DNA from: Spirochaetales bacterium
GTDB lineage: Bacteria > Spirochaetota > Spirochaetia > DTKZ01
Direction: 5' to 3'
Assembly (NCBI GenBank): GCA_031274005.1
Contig: JAISQU010000003.1
Span: forward strand, 1-34,462
Length of the DNA stretch: 34,462 nucleotides
The notes under the pieces are model-generated. The model saw only the letters and a program-made list of their open reading frames with translations. It did no database searches and was not told the origin of the DNA. The first letter of the stretch is position 1. The number at the start of each line of letters is the position of its first letter. Below are positions 1-9,443 of the stretch, piece by piece. Both the position numbers and the translations under genes were made by a program.

Positions 1-148
1 AAAACTGCGAAAATCCGTGGGGCGCAAGGGATAGCAGCGGAAATCCTTTTGGCGTAGCCAAAAGATTGGAGCGAAAAGCCCGGTTTGCGGCGTTTTACGC
101 CGCAAATGCGCCCAAATTCCGAATTATAAGGAGATTTTGAACAGGCTC
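1..148 (-). repeat. Partial (window-truncated) copy of a hairpin-rich MITE-like repeat, inverted relative to the full copy at 12521-12753
   Basis: rc(134-148)=gagcctgttcaaaat matches the terminal repeat gagccggttccaaaat at 12521. rc(71-110)=cgcatttgcggcgtaaaacgccgcaaaccgggcttttcgc is collinear with gcgcattttttgcggcttcgccgcaaaaaaccgggcttttcgg (12556-12598). rc(15-31)=tcccttgcgccccacgg matches tcccattgcgccccgcgg (12702-12719). The outer end abuts the stop codon of the 148-963 CDS. Confidence 0.6.
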
Positions 149-963
149 TAAATCTCCCGCATATTTTCCAGAAACCAGGTGAACAGCGCGTTGATGCGGT
201 TGGAAAAACTGGGCAGGGCTTGTTTCTCCATGCCAAAGAGCGTAAAAACATCCGCGCTCATGCAGCAGTAGAAAATCAGATAATCATCGCCGGGCAGAAT
301 AATCATGTCCAGACGCAGCTTCTCCGGCGAAACCATGGGGATAATGCCGTAGTACATCCGCGTTAGATTTTTCATGGACACCCAGAAGCGTCCCGCGTTG
401 TACCTGTAATCGGCCGTGTAGGTGTTTTTACCGAAACGGGCGTCATCCTGAAACACGTAGATTGTCTTCTGCGATGGAATCTCCCGCGCAACGGGATTAG
501 GCAGGGGCGCGGAGCTTTTAGGCCCTGCGATAACATAAGCGTCATTGAACATTGTCTGCATTCTTTGGCCGCTCGCGGACCAGTATTGCAGGCCCTTCAT
601 TGTGTCGATTTTATGGAGGGTGTTATACAGACTCAGGCGGAAGTCTGCTTTCGCGGGGAGCCCCTTCTCCACAGGAATCACATACAGCGCCTCGACAAGA
701 ATCGTCGCGGACAGGGCTTTTAGGTCCGCCATGAGGCTTCGGGCCAGGGGCTTATCCGGCAGCATAAGAGAGGAAAAATCCTCATCCTGAAAACGCGTGA
801 CCCCGCCTGTGGCTCGCAGGGCCTCGCAGTCCCCGGCGGAAAAACCATGCATCAGGCGCAGGCGCTCAACAAGTTCCGCGGGAAGCGGCCGGGGCGCGGG
901 CTGGGCAGAGAGGCCCGCGGCAAGAAAAAATAATCCCGCGATTGCAAAAAAGCTCTTCATCAT
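148..963 (-). CDS. Secreted/periplasmic hypothetical protein with N-terminal signal peptide
   Basis: 271-aa ORF with ATG start. The N-terminus MMKSFFAIAGLFFLAAGLSAQ is a typical signal peptide with no lipobox Cys. No catalytic motif recognised. Confidence 0.6.
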   Translation of the reverse strand: MMKSFFAIAGLFFLAAGLSAQPAPRPLPAELVERLRLMHGFSAGDCEALRATGGVTRFQDEDFSSLMLPDKPLARSLMADLKALSATILVEALYVIPVEKGLPAKADFRLSLYNTLHKIDTMKGLQYWSASGQRMQTMFNDAYVIAGPKSSAPLPNPVAREIPSQKTIYVFQDDARFGKNTYTADYRYNAGRFWVSMKNLTRMYYGIIPMVSPEKLRLDMIILPGDDYLIFYCCMSADVFTLFGMEKQALPSFSNRINALFTWFLENMREI

Positions 964-989
964 ATATGGTTAGTATAACTTGATTTGTC

Positions 990-2126
990 ATGGGGAAACA
1001 AGAGATACAAACGAAAAAGGATTTAGTCGTTTTTACCGGCGGCGGTACGGGGGGGCACGTCTATCCGGGACTCGCCGTTATCGAGAGGCTGCGCGAAGAG
1101 TGGGACGCGGAGATCCTGTGGATAGGTTCGCGCGCGGGTATGGAGAAGGGTATTGTGGAGTCATGGGCAAAGCGCCTGGGCGGGCTTGAGTACAGGGGTA
1201 TCCCTTCGGGAAAGCTGCGGCGCTGTTTTTCGCTGAAAAATTTTACCGATGTTTTCAGGATAGCCTGCGGATTTTTTGCCGCTCTGGGTATTTTCCTCAG
1301 GCGGCGGCCGGCTCTGGTTTTTTCCAAAGGCGGCTATGTCAGCTTTCCCCCTGTGCTCGCGGCCTGGCTTCTCGGGGCGCCCGTCATTACTCACGAGTCG
1401 GACCTGGACCCCGGCCTTGCCACTTTGCTGAACGCGCCTTTCGCGAAGAAAATTTGCGTTCCCTACGAAGAGTCCGTCGCGCATTTTCCGGCGCGTTTCA
1501 GGAAAAAACTTGTGGTAACGGGAAATCCCGTACGGCGGGAAATTTTCTCTGGCCGGGCGGAAGAGGGTCTGCGGCTTACCGGTTTTTCCGGCGCGAGGCC
1601 CATTGTTCTTGTTCTGGGAGGGAGTCTGGGCGCTTTGGAAATCAACGCCCTCACGCGCGCCGCCCTGGATGAGCTTCTGCCTGTGTGCGACATTATTCAT
1701 CAGACAGGAGAAGGCAAGTACGAGGATATTCCCCGGCCGGGTTATTTCGCCGCGCCGTATTTTACCGCGGAGTTTCCCCACATGCTGGCGGCGGCCTCTG
1801 CGGTGGTTTCACGGGCGGGCGCGGGATCCCTCTGGGAATTGCTTGCCGCGGAAAAACCCGCGCTGCTTATACCCCTGCGCGGGGCGGGTACACGGGGAGA
1901 TCAGGTGCGCAACGCGGAGCTTTTTGAAAGGCTGGGCGCGGCGCAGGTTCTTTCGGCGGCGAGCCTTAGCCCTGAAGATTTCGCCGCGGCTGTAAAAACC
2001 CTTATAGCAGCTTCGCGGCGCGAGGTGATGCTTCGGGCAATCCGCCGCGCCGCCGGCCGTGACGGAAAGGACGCGGCGGCTTTGTGCGCCGCAATGATTG
2101 CGGATATACGCGAAAGGAGAATCTGA
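990..2126 (+). CDS. murG: MurG, undecaprenyl-PP-MurNAc-pentapeptide UDP-GlcNAc transferase
   Basis: Glycine-rich N-terminal loop FTGGGTGGHVYPGLAV. C-terminal GT28 region RAGAGSLWELLAAEKPALLIPL...GDQVRNAE. 378 aa, ATG start. Confidence 0.9.
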   Translation: MGKQEIQTKKDLVVFTGGGTGGHVYPGLAVIERLREEWDAEILWIGSRAGMEKGIVESWAKRLGGLEYRGIPSGKLRRCFSLKNFTDVFRIACGFFAALGIFLRRRPALVFSKGGYVSFPPVLAAWLLGAPVITHESDLDPGLATLLNAPFAKKICVPYEESVAHFPARFRKKLVVTGNPVRREIFSGRAEEGLRLTGFSGARPIVLVLGGSLGALEINALTRAALDELLPVCDIIHQTGEGKYEDIPRPGYFAAPYFTAEFPHMLAAASAVVSRAGAGSLWELLAAEKPALLIPLRGAGTRGDQVRNAELFERLGAAQVLSAASLSPEDFAAAVKTLIAASRREVMLRAIRRAAGRDGKDAAALCAAMIADIRERRI

Positions 2127-2133
2127 AAATACT

Positions 2134-2601
2134 ATGGAATGGAACTCTCTTGATATTGTTTTTGCCATCATCGCGCTTTTCATGCTCCTGCGCGGCCTTC
2201 TGCGGGGCGCTCTGGCGGAATTTTTTTCCGTGGGAGCGATTGCCGCCGGTATTGCGGCCGCGGTTATTTTTTCCGCGCCCGCGGGCGCTGCGGTGGAAGC
2301 ATATCTGGGCGCGAGGGGTTGGGGGCGCGTCATCGCCTTTATGGGAATTTTCCTTGTCACTTATGTTCTGGCGAAAATCATGGAAAAACTCCTCCGGGGT
2401 TTTGTGAACAATGTCAATTTACAGAACCTGGACAAGGCTCTGGGCATTTTTCTGGGCCTTCTGGAGGGCATAATCCTTGTGTCGCTTGTGATTTTCGCGC
2501 TGCGCCTCCAGCCCCTTTTCGATGTGAAGAGCATTCTTGCCGGCAGCCTCTGCGTCAGAATGCTCGAACCCCTTATGGCTTTTGTTCTGACAAATGTTTG
2601 A
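2134..2601 (+). CDS. cvpA: CvpA-family (colicin V production) integral membrane protein
   Basis: MEWNSLDIVFAIIALFMLLRGLLRGALAEFFS... with about 4 hydrophobic helices, typical CvpA size and N-terminus. ATG at 2134 is preferred over the ORF-track TTG at 2098, which lies inside murG. Confidence 0.7.
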   Translation: MEWNSLDIVFAIIALFMLLRGLLRGALAEFFSVGAIAAGIAAAVIFSAPAGAAVEAYLGARGWGRVIAFMGIFLVTYVLAKIMEKLLRGFVNNVNLQNLDKALGIFLGLLEGIILVSLVIFALRLQPLFDVKSILAGSLCVRMLEPLMAFVLTNV

Positions 2602-3766
2602 AAATATTATTTGCCAGGATGAAATTGTAAACGCCCTGCGCGCAGACCTGGCTTCGGGCAGGCTGCCGTCCTCCATCCTTTTGTGGGGGCCGGATTTTTC
2701 CGGCAAGCTGTCCGTCGCCCTGGAACTTGCCCGCGTTTTAAGCTGTGAAGAAAAACAGGCGCGCTGGAGCTGCGGCTGCAAGGCCTGCGAGGCCCACAGG
2801 CTTCTTGCTCATCCCCACACCATCCTTATAGGAGGCAGGTACTTTTACGAGGAAACCTCGGCCTGCGCGGACAGCCTGATCAAAACAGGCTCGCTTGCGG
2901 CGCGGTATCTTTTTATACGGGCCGTGCGCAAACTGCTGCGGCGCTTTGACGCCTTTCTGTGGGAAGGCGATCCGGATTTCAAGAAAATTATGCCGCTGCT
3001 TGGCGCCGCGGAAGAAGCCGTGGAGCAGCTTCTTCCCGAAAAAGAGCTGCCTTCCGGAGAAAAACTCGCGCAGATCAGCGAAGCCGCCTGCGGCGCGGTA
3101 AAAAAAATTTGCGAGGCGATCAACCCGGATTCCATACCCATCGCCCTTCTGCGCAGAGCCGTTTCGTGGTCTCATGCCGGCGCGTCGGGGGCCGGAAAGG
3201 TCATCATTATAGAGAACGCCGACAAGATGCGCGACTCTTCCCGCAACTCTCTTTTAAAGATTCTGGAAGAACCGCCGCCCCATGTAACCTTTATCCTGAC
3301 GACGCCCCGGCGGGCCGCGATTCTGCCGACCATCCTCTCGCGGGTGCGCACCTACCGTTTTATTCCGCGCACCAGAGAAGCAAACCGGCAGGTTCTGGAA
3401 AAGATTTTCCGGGCGGAGGCTTCGCGCTTCGAAAACCTGAGGGACTTTTTCCGCGTCTTTCAGGGCATAGACCCCCTGGCCCTGAGGACGGAGGCGCGGG
3501 CTTTTCTCGAAAAGGCGGGAACCGGCGCTTTTCCCGGGGAGGAGTCCTGGTTTACGGACAAAACGAAATTCCGCATTTTTCTGCACGAACTTTCGGATAC
3601 GCTGGAGCGCACGCTGCGCGGAGAAACCTGCGGCCCGGAGGTTTCCGTGAACAAACTAGAAGAATGGACGGCCCTGATACGCAAAACCCTTGAATCCCTC
3701 GATGTTCTGAATATTGCTCCCGCACTTCTGGCCCAGCGGCTGTTCAACTCCATCGGGAGGCCCTGA
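2594..3766 (+). CDS. holB: DNA polymerase III delta-prime subunit (clamp-loader AAA+ protein)
   Basis: Degenerate P-loop LLWGPDFSGKLSVALELARVL, Zn-module-like CEEKQARWSCGCKACEAH, and sensor/box motif IIIENADKMRDSSRNSLLKILEEPP...TFILTT. Overlaps cvpA by 8 nt. Confidence 0.8.
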   Translation: MFENIICQDEIVNALRADLASGRLPSSILLWGPDFSGKLSVALELARVLSCEEKQARWSCGCKACEAHRLLAHPHTILIGGRYFYEETSACADSLIKTGSLAARYLFIRAVRKLLRRFDAFLWEGDPDFKKIMPLLGAAEEAVEQLLPEKELPSGEKLAQISEAACGAVKKICEAINPDSIPIALLRRAVSWSHAGASGAGKVIIIENADKMRDSSRNSLLKILEEPPPHVTFILTTPRRAAILPTILSRVRTYRFIPRTREANRQVLEKIFRAEASRFENLRDFFRVFQGIDPLALRTEARAFLEKAGTGAFPGEESWFTDKTKFRIFLHELSDTLERTLRGETCGPEVSVNKLEEWTALIRKTLESLDVLNIAPALLAQRLFNSIGRP

Positions 3767-4947
3767 TGCGCAGCTTTCTCTACAAAGCCCTGACGAAACT
3801 GGATAAACTTGACAAAAGACAGATTCACAGTCTTGTCTACGACCTGGCGCGCGAAAATGAACGCTTCGAGAGCCTTATGGAAGCCACGGTGGACAGCCTT
3901 ATCCTGACGGACACCGAACACAGAGTGACACTGTACAATCATATCTCGGAAAAATTTTTGCTCTTATCGCGCTTGCACGGCCTATACGGAAGAAAAATCT
4001 GGACCGTCATAGCCGATAAAGACCTTGCCGCTTTTGTCCGGCAAACTCTGGAGGCCGGAGAAATCGCGATGAACAGGGATTTTGTTCTGGAAGTAAAAGG
4101 CGAAAAACGCATGCTGAGCGCCACCCTGCTGCCGCTTACCCTGAATGATAAGGTTCTCGGCGATCTTTTTTACATGACCGACGTTACCCGCCTGCGGACA
4201 CAGGAGGCGCGCCTGCGCCGCGCCGAAACCCTGGCTTCCCTGACGACCATGACGGCCGGCGTTGCCCACGAAATCAAAAACCCCCTGGGGGCCATAGGCA
4301 TACACATACAACTCATCAAGAAAGCCCTGCTGGGAAAAACATCAATCGACCCCGGCCTTATTCTGAAAAACATCGATGTGGTTTCCGAAGAGGTGGAGCG
4401 CCTGAACAAAATCGTCGTTGATTTTCTTTTTGCCGTGCGGCCCGTGAACATCAAGCCTGAGCGCATCAATCTGAACTCTCTGATGCGGGAGATACTGGAT
4501 TTTATCAAGGTAGAGCTTACCGAAAACAAAATAAAGCTGGAAGAAAAACTGACCCGCCATCTGCCCAAAATTTTTATCGACTCTAAGGCCATCAGGCAGG
4601 CGATTTTGAATATCATCAAGAACGCCCTCGCCGCCATGCCGGAGGGGGGGACTCTTACCATAGCCACAGGAAAAAAGGACGACTGCGTGCGGCTTGTCAT
4701 TTCCGATACAGGTATGGGAATCGCGCAGGAAAACCTGGATAAAATTTTCGAACCCTATTTTACGACAAAAGAGTTTGGCTCCGGACTGGGGCTTACCAAT
4801 GTTTTTAAAATTATCAAGGAACACAAGGCGGATATTTCCGTGGATTCGCAGCCGGGCAGGGGAGCTTCGTTTATCATCAGCTTTCCGGTTCCGGAAAGCG
4901 AACAGCAGCTTCTGGAATACGGGCTGGGCAGGGAGGCTGAACAATGA
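3766..4947 (+). CDS. Cytoplasmic PAS-type sensor histidine kinase (NtrB/Hpk2-like)
   Basis: No TM segments and a PAS-like N-terminal half. H-box AGVAHEIKNPLGAI, with HATPase_c boxes NALAAMPEGG, DTGMGI and GSGLGL. Start overlaps the holB stop (TGATG) and the end overlaps the response regulator start (ATGA). Confidence 0.85.
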   Translation: MRSFLYKALTKLDKLDKRQIHSLVYDLARENERFESLMEATVDSLILTDTEHRVTLYNHISEKFLLLSRLHGLYGRKIWTVIADKDLAAFVRQTLEAGEIAMNRDFVLEVKGEKRMLSATLLPLTLNDKVLGDLFYMTDVTRLRTQEARLRRAETLASLTTMTAGVAHEIKNPLGAIGIHIQLIKKALLGKTSIDPGLILKNIDVVSEEVERLNKIVVDFLFAVRPVNIKPERINLNSLMREILDFIKVELTENKIKLEEKLTRHLPKIFIDSKAIRQAILNIIKNALAAMPEGGTLTIATGKKDDCVRLVISDTGMGIAQENLDKIFEPYFTTKEFGSGLGLTNVFKIIKEHKADISVDSQPGRGASFIISFPVPESEQQLLEYGLGREAEQ

Positions 4948-6311
4948 AATTCAATATCCTGATTGTTGATGACGAGAAAAATATCCGCGAAGGCCTGGGG
5001 CAGGCTCTGGAGATGGACGGCTATAATATTTTTCTGGCCGCCGGAGGGGAAGAAGCCCTGCGCATTTTCGGCGAAGAAGAAATAGACCTGGTGATAACAG
5101 ACCTGAAAATGCCGAATCTTTCCGGCGGGGAAATACTGCGCCGCATCGCCACGGACCAGCCGGCCATTCCTGTTATCATCCTGACGGGGCACGGTACAAT
5201 AGAAACCGCGGTAGACGCCATGCGCGACGGGGCCTATGACTTTCTTACAAAGCCCGTCAACCTTGACCACCTGTCTCTTCTTGTCAAGCGCGCGCTGGCA
5301 AACAGAAGCATGGCCCTGCAATACCGCGCTATGCAGAGCGAGCTGGAAAAAAAACGGGGCTTTGCCAACATCATAGGGACGAGCCCCCATCTGCGCCGCG
5401 TCTTTGATATGGTGGAACAGGTCGCCGCTACGCGGGCCGCCGTGCTTATTACAGGAGAAAGCGGCACGGGCAAGGAGCTTATCGCCGACGCGATTCATAA
5501 TCTTTCAAACCGTAAAGACAAGGCTTTTATCAAGGTGCACTGCGCGGCGCTGGCCGAATCCCTTCTGGAAAGCGAACTGTTCGGCCATGAGAAAGGCGCT
5601 TTTACCGGGGCGCTGTCCCGCAAACGGGGCCGCTTTGAACTTGCCCAGTTGGGAACGATTTTTCTTGACGAAATCGGCGAAATCAATCCCGCCGTGCAGG
5701 TAAAAATTCTGCGCGTCCTACAGGAAAAAAAGTTTGAGCGCGTCGGCGGGGAAGAAACACTGGAGATCGATGTGCGGGTTATCGCCGCGACAAACAGGGA
5801 TCTGAAAAAAGAAATCGCCGAAGGCCGGTTTCGCGAAGACCTTTTTTACCGCCTCAATGTCGTGAACATACACCTGCCCTCTTTGCGGGAACGCAAGGAG
5901 GACATTCCCCTCCTGAGCGCGGCTTTTCTGAAGGAATTTTCGGTAGAAAACGACAAACACATAGAGGGCATTGAACCCAAGGCCCTGTCCGCTTTGTACG
6001 CCTACTCCTGGCCGGGGAACATCAGGGAACTGCGCAATTGCATAGAAAGTGCGGTGGTATTGTGCAAAAGCCAGTCCATTGGCCTTGAGGACCTGCCTCC
6101 TACGGTGGGGGATTCCGGCGGGGCAAATTCCATCCGGATTTCCCTGGGGACAAATATGGCCGACGCGGAAAAGGCGGTCATTATGGGCACCCTGGGGCAT
6201 CTGCGGGGCAACAAATCGCGCGCCGCGGAAGTCCTGGGCATAGGCAGAAAAACCCTGCACCGCAAACTGAAAGAATACGGCATGGAAGAAGAGGCGGCGA
6301 AAAATAGTTAA
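4944..6311 (+). CDS. Sigma-54-dependent response regulator / enhancer-binding protein (NtrC family, Rrp2-like)
   Basis: REC domain (ILIVDDE..., DLVITDLKMP). AAA+ domain with Walker A GESGTGKE, the sigma-54 contact loop GAFTGA and ELFGHEKGAFTGA. C-terminal Fis-type HTH AAEVLGIGRKTLHRKLKEYG. Confidence 0.9.
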   Translation: MKFNILIVDDEKNIREGLGQALEMDGYNIFLAAGGEEALRIFGEEEIDLVITDLKMPNLSGGEILRRIATDQPAIPVIILTGHGTIETAVDAMRDGAYDFLTKPVNLDHLSLLVKRALANRSMALQYRAMQSELEKKRGFANIIGTSPHLRRVFDMVEQVAATRAAVLITGESGTGKELIADAIHNLSNRKDKAFIKVHCAALAESLLESELFGHEKGAFTGALSRKRGRFELAQLGTIFLDEIGEINPAVQVKILRVLQEKKFERVGGEETLEIDVRVIAATNRDLKKEIAEGRFREDLFYRLNVVNIHLPSLRERKEDIPLLSAAFLKEFSVENDKHIEGIEPKALSALYAYSWPGNIRELRNCIESAVVLCKSQSIGLEDLPPTVGDSGGANSIRISLGTNMADAEKAVIMGTLGHLRGNKSRAAEVLGIGRKTLHRKLKEYGMEEEAAKNS

Positions 6312-6384
6312 TACCCTGTTTAGGTGAAAATTATTCGCACATGATATGGTCGTGAAGGCAGGTACGGCTCATACCATCACTATT

Positions 6385-7146
6385 TCAGTACACCGCGGCC
6401 TGAGCGTCGCCGCCGTACAGGACTTTGTGCAGGAACAGTCCGCGGGCCGGCGCGGTCATTCCCGCGTGGAGGCTTTTTTTCGCGGCCAGGATGTCGCGGA
6501 AAACTTCCGGAGCGGCCCCGTCGCCGGCAAGCTCTGTTATGGTTCCCACAATGTTGCGGACCATGCGCCACAGAAAGGCGTTTCCCGTTATGCGAAAAAC
6601 GATGAAGGGGCCGGAGGGGTAAAAACCGGCGGAATATACGTCTTTGACCTTCGCCGGGTTGGTGTCGCCCACGGCGGCAAAACTGGTAAAGTCGCGTCTT
6701 CCCGGCAAAAAAGCGGCCATGGCGTTCATTCGCCTGAGGCCGCCGGCGGCGCGGTCCCAGCAGTATCTGCGCAGCCAGGGGGGCAGGGGCCTGCCGGGGT
6801 AGATGTAGTAGCGGTACTCGCGAAACCGGGCGTCCCGCCGCGAATTGAAAGTTTCTTCCACGCCGCCGGAACAGAGCGCCCGCACATCGGACGGAAGAAG
6901 GCGGTTCAGGGCCGGGGCATAGCGCTCTTCGGGAATTGCCGCAATGTCTGAATAAAAATTGAAAACTTGGCCCGCGGCGTGGACGCCGGAGTCTGTGCGG
7001 CCCGCGCCGTAGATTGTTACGGGGTGTTTATGGATTTTGGCGAGAGCGGCTTCAAGAACGCCCTGAACGCTGCGGCCTGTGGCCTGATTCTGCCAGCCGA
7101 CAAAATCCGTACCGTCGTAGGCGACGCTGACTTTGATATTGCGCAT
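6385..7146 (-). CDS. truA: tRNA pseudouridine(38-40) synthase TruA
   Basis: MRNIKVSVAYDGTDFVGWQNQ N-terminus and catalytic-Asp motif GAGRTDSGVHAAGQV. 253 aa. Confidence 0.9.
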   Translation of the reverse strand: MRNIKVSVAYDGTDFVGWQNQATGRSVQGVLEAALAKIHKHPVTIYGAGRTDSGVHAAGQVFNFYSDIAAIPEERYAPALNRLLPSDVRALCSGGVEETFNSRRDARFREYRYYIYPGRPLPPWLRRYCWDRAAGGLRRMNAMAAFLPGRRDFTSFAAVGDTNPAKVKDVYSAGFYPSGPFIVFRITGNAFLWRMVRNIVGTITELAGDGAAPEVFRDILAAKKSLHAGMTAPARGLFLHKVLYGGDAQAAVY

Positions 7147-7182
7147 TGATATTCCGCCATTCCGCCGACCGCTCTGGGTAGT

Positions 7183-8067
7183 TCATTCCGCGGAGGGTTC
7201 GTCCGGCCCCTCCATCCCGCCGCCCAGCCTTTCCAGTTCTTTCGCGATGTCCGCGTACAAATCCTTTGCCCTGTCCAGAAGAACAGCCGGTTTGTTTTTG
7301 GACGCCTTGCCCATGCCGAAAATTTTCGCCACCATTGTTTTTGCCCGTGAAAGGTTGCCCGCCCGTTTCTGTCTGTCTTTTTTGGAGCCTATAAGATATT
7401 CCAAAAGCCCGTACAGGTACAAAACCCCGTCGTAGCCGTAATTTTTTTCGAGGTCGGGTCCCAGGTTTTTCATGGCGCCTATGCCTTCCGTGCCTTTCTG
7501 TTCTTTTTCCACGGCCTGCGCGTAGAAGAAGCACGCCTTGCGGTAAAAGTTCAGGGAAAGGTAATCATAGTTGTCGTCCGGAAGCCGGGCATACAAATCA
7601 TTGAAAGTCCAGGCGGCGCGCAGGGAGCATACGGCCTGCTTAATCGTGGGGGATTCGTCTTTGGTAAAAAAGTCATAGCACATGATCGCAAGAAAATACG
7701 CCGCGGCCCCTTCTTTGAGTGTCCGCGGTTCCTTGAAATCGAGGGGTCCAAAAAGCGGTTCAATGCTTTTTTCGCGGCGCTCGGTCTGTTCTTCCAGAGA
7801 AAGGCGGGCAGCGTCGGGAGGCGAAAAAAAGTCTTGGGGAAAAGCCGCGTAATAGCAGCGGGGGCATACGATTATCGTATACACAAGGGGAAAAATCTCT
7901 CCGAATTTTTTTGACGGTTCATAGAGGCGGCGCAGGTCCCGCGTCAGGGCGCCGGCAATCATTCTGCCGCCGCCGCTTAGAAGATCTTCCCGGTAAAACG
8001 GCGCCTCGCAGATGGGGCATTCGGACTTGTTTTTTGAAAAAAACGTAAGTTTTTTGTCTTCGGCCAT
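7183..8067 (-). CDS. DUF2225-like protein (N-terminal zinc-ribbon, helical C-terminal part)
   Basis: CPICEAPF...(about 45 aa)...VCPRCYYAAF gives two CxxC pairs with the spacing I associate with DUF2225, followed by a helical repeat-like region. Function unknown. Confidence 0.55.
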   Translation of the reverse strand: MAEDKKLTFFSKNKSECPICEAPFYREDLLSGGGRMIAGALTRDLRRLYEPSKKFGEIFPLVYTIIVCPRCYYAAFPQDFFSPPDAARLSLEEQTERREKSIEPLFGPLDFKEPRTLKEGAAAYFLAIMCYDFFTKDESPTIKQAVCSLRAAWTFNDLYARLPDDNYDYLSLNFYRKACFFYAQAVEKEQKGTEGIGAMKNLGPDLEKNYGYDGVLYLYGLLEYLIGSKKDRQKRAGNLSRAKTMVAKIFGMGKASKNKPAVLLDRAKDLYADIAKELERLGGGMEGPDEPSAE

Positions 8068-8085
8068 CTTTGGTTTACTCTTTTC

Positions 8086-8454
8086 TCATCCTTCTATGAC
8101 AACCATAGCCACGGCGGTATCCGCCTCGTGAGCCAGCGAGAGGAAAACCCGCTCTCCCCCCAGATGCCGCAGAGCCTCCCGCGCGCGCCCAAAAAGCCTC
8201 AATTCCGGCCTGCCCTCCGCGCTGAGTACCTCAACCTCCGTCAGGGCAAAGCCCGCGGGCCTCGTCCCTAAAGCCTTGCCGAATGCCTCTTTCGCCGCGA
8301 AACGCGCGGCAAGACTTTGGGCTTCTCCCGCGCCCCGGGTCCGGGCGTAGGCAAGCTCCGCGGGATGAAACCACCGCTCGCAGAGGCCGGGAACCGTTTT
8401 CCAGCGGGACAAGCGCTGCACCCTGACAATATCAATGCCCGTACCGAGTATCAT
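8086..8454 (-). CDS. acpS: Holo-[acyl-carrier-protein] synthase
   Basis: MILGTGIDIVRVQRL... with ...AAKEAFGKALG. 122 aa, typical AcpS size and motifs. ATGA overlap with the upstream cdaR stop. Confidence 0.85.
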   Translation of the reverse strand: MILGTGIDIVRVQRLSRWKTVPGLCERWFHPAELAYARTRGAGEAQSLAARFAAKEAFGKALGTRPAGFALTEVEVLSAEGRPELRLFGRAREALRHLGGERVFLSLAHEADTAVAMVVIEG

Positions 8455-9443
8455 TGAAAATCAGCCCGACCTCCCCTGTGAATGACAAGCGTAACATGAT
8501 CGGGAGTAAATTGTACAACCGTCAGCCCCGGAGGCACAAGTGTTTGCACCGGCAGGGTATAGGCGCCGCTCTCCGTCAAGCCCGTGCAGTTGATAACAAG
8601 CTGCACCCGTTCTTTAGCTGTGGCCTCAAGAACGCTCTGCCCGCCCTGCAAGGTAATCGTTCCCTGCGGGATGTCGGCCTGCGCAAACTGAAGATTCGGC
8701 GAAAGCCCCTGAGGCGTAATGGCAATGCCCTCAAATACTTTCAGATCCGTTGTTTCCAGAATCTGCCCGAGAAAATCGACAGTATCGCCGCCGGGAAAAG
8801 TCAAAAGAGGATTCGTGTTGATAAGCCTGACCCTGGCGCTGAAGTTCCCGCGCTTGCCGGACAAATCTATATCCTCTGTAGAAATGGAGTCTATATTCTG
8901 AACAAGCCCCAAAGGCCCCTCAAGGTCTACCCCGGCGGGATTCACCGAATACTGCTCCAGCCTGTAACCTGTCGCGGGAAGCCCCTTAAAAACAGGAACA
9001 ACATCCACACGCTGCCGGGTCTTTGTCTCTATAGGCAATGTAATCTCAAGGGGGTCGACACTTATTTCGATGGTATCAAGACCTTCCAGAACACCCTTCT
9101 TCTGAATCGTAACCGGCGTCGTATACACGCCCTCAGTATCGAAACGCGAGAAATCAGCCGTGGCGCTTATATCTTCTTCGGTCGCCGCCGCGAGGCTCCT
9201 GTCGTTTCCCCTGATCTCTACCCTGACCCTGCGCGGATACGGCTGCGCCGCCGTAAGGCCGTCGGCAAAAACCGCCCGCAGTTCCACGCTCACAAAACGC
9301 TCCGATAGTGAAGAGAAGTTGTTAAAAATAAAAAGCATGATTGCCGCCGCCAGCGAAAGAGCCTTGACCGGCCAGTTCGCAATCATCTGTTCGAGGAAGG
9401 ACTTATTTTTCGACAAAAGCCACCTCCCCCGCCGCCTGGGCAT
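8451..9443 (-). CDS. cdaR: YbbR-domain protein (CdaR-like regulator of diadenylate cyclase)
   Basis: One N-terminal TM helix (VKALSLAAAIMLFIF) followed by repeated beta-rich YbbR-like modules. Sits immediately downstream of and overlapping cdaA. An alternative ATG at 9386 (MIANWP) would remove the 41-nt overlap. Confidence 0.7.
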   Translation of the reverse strand: MPRRRGRWLLSKNKSFLEQMIANWPVKALSLAAAIMLFIFNNFSSLSERFVSVELRAVFADGLTAAQPYPRRVRVEIRGNDRSLAAATEEDISATADFSRFDTEGVYTTPVTIQKKGVLEGLDTIEISVDPLEITLPIETKTRQRVDVVPVFKGLPATGYRLEQYSVNPAGVDLEGPLGLVQNIDSISTEDIDLSGKRGNFSARVRLINTNPLLTFPGGDTVDFLGQILETTDLKVFEGIAITPQGLSPNLQFAQADIPQGTITLQGGQSVLEATAKERVQLVINCTGLTESGAYTLPVQTLVPPGLTVVQFTPDHVTLVIHRGGRADFQ

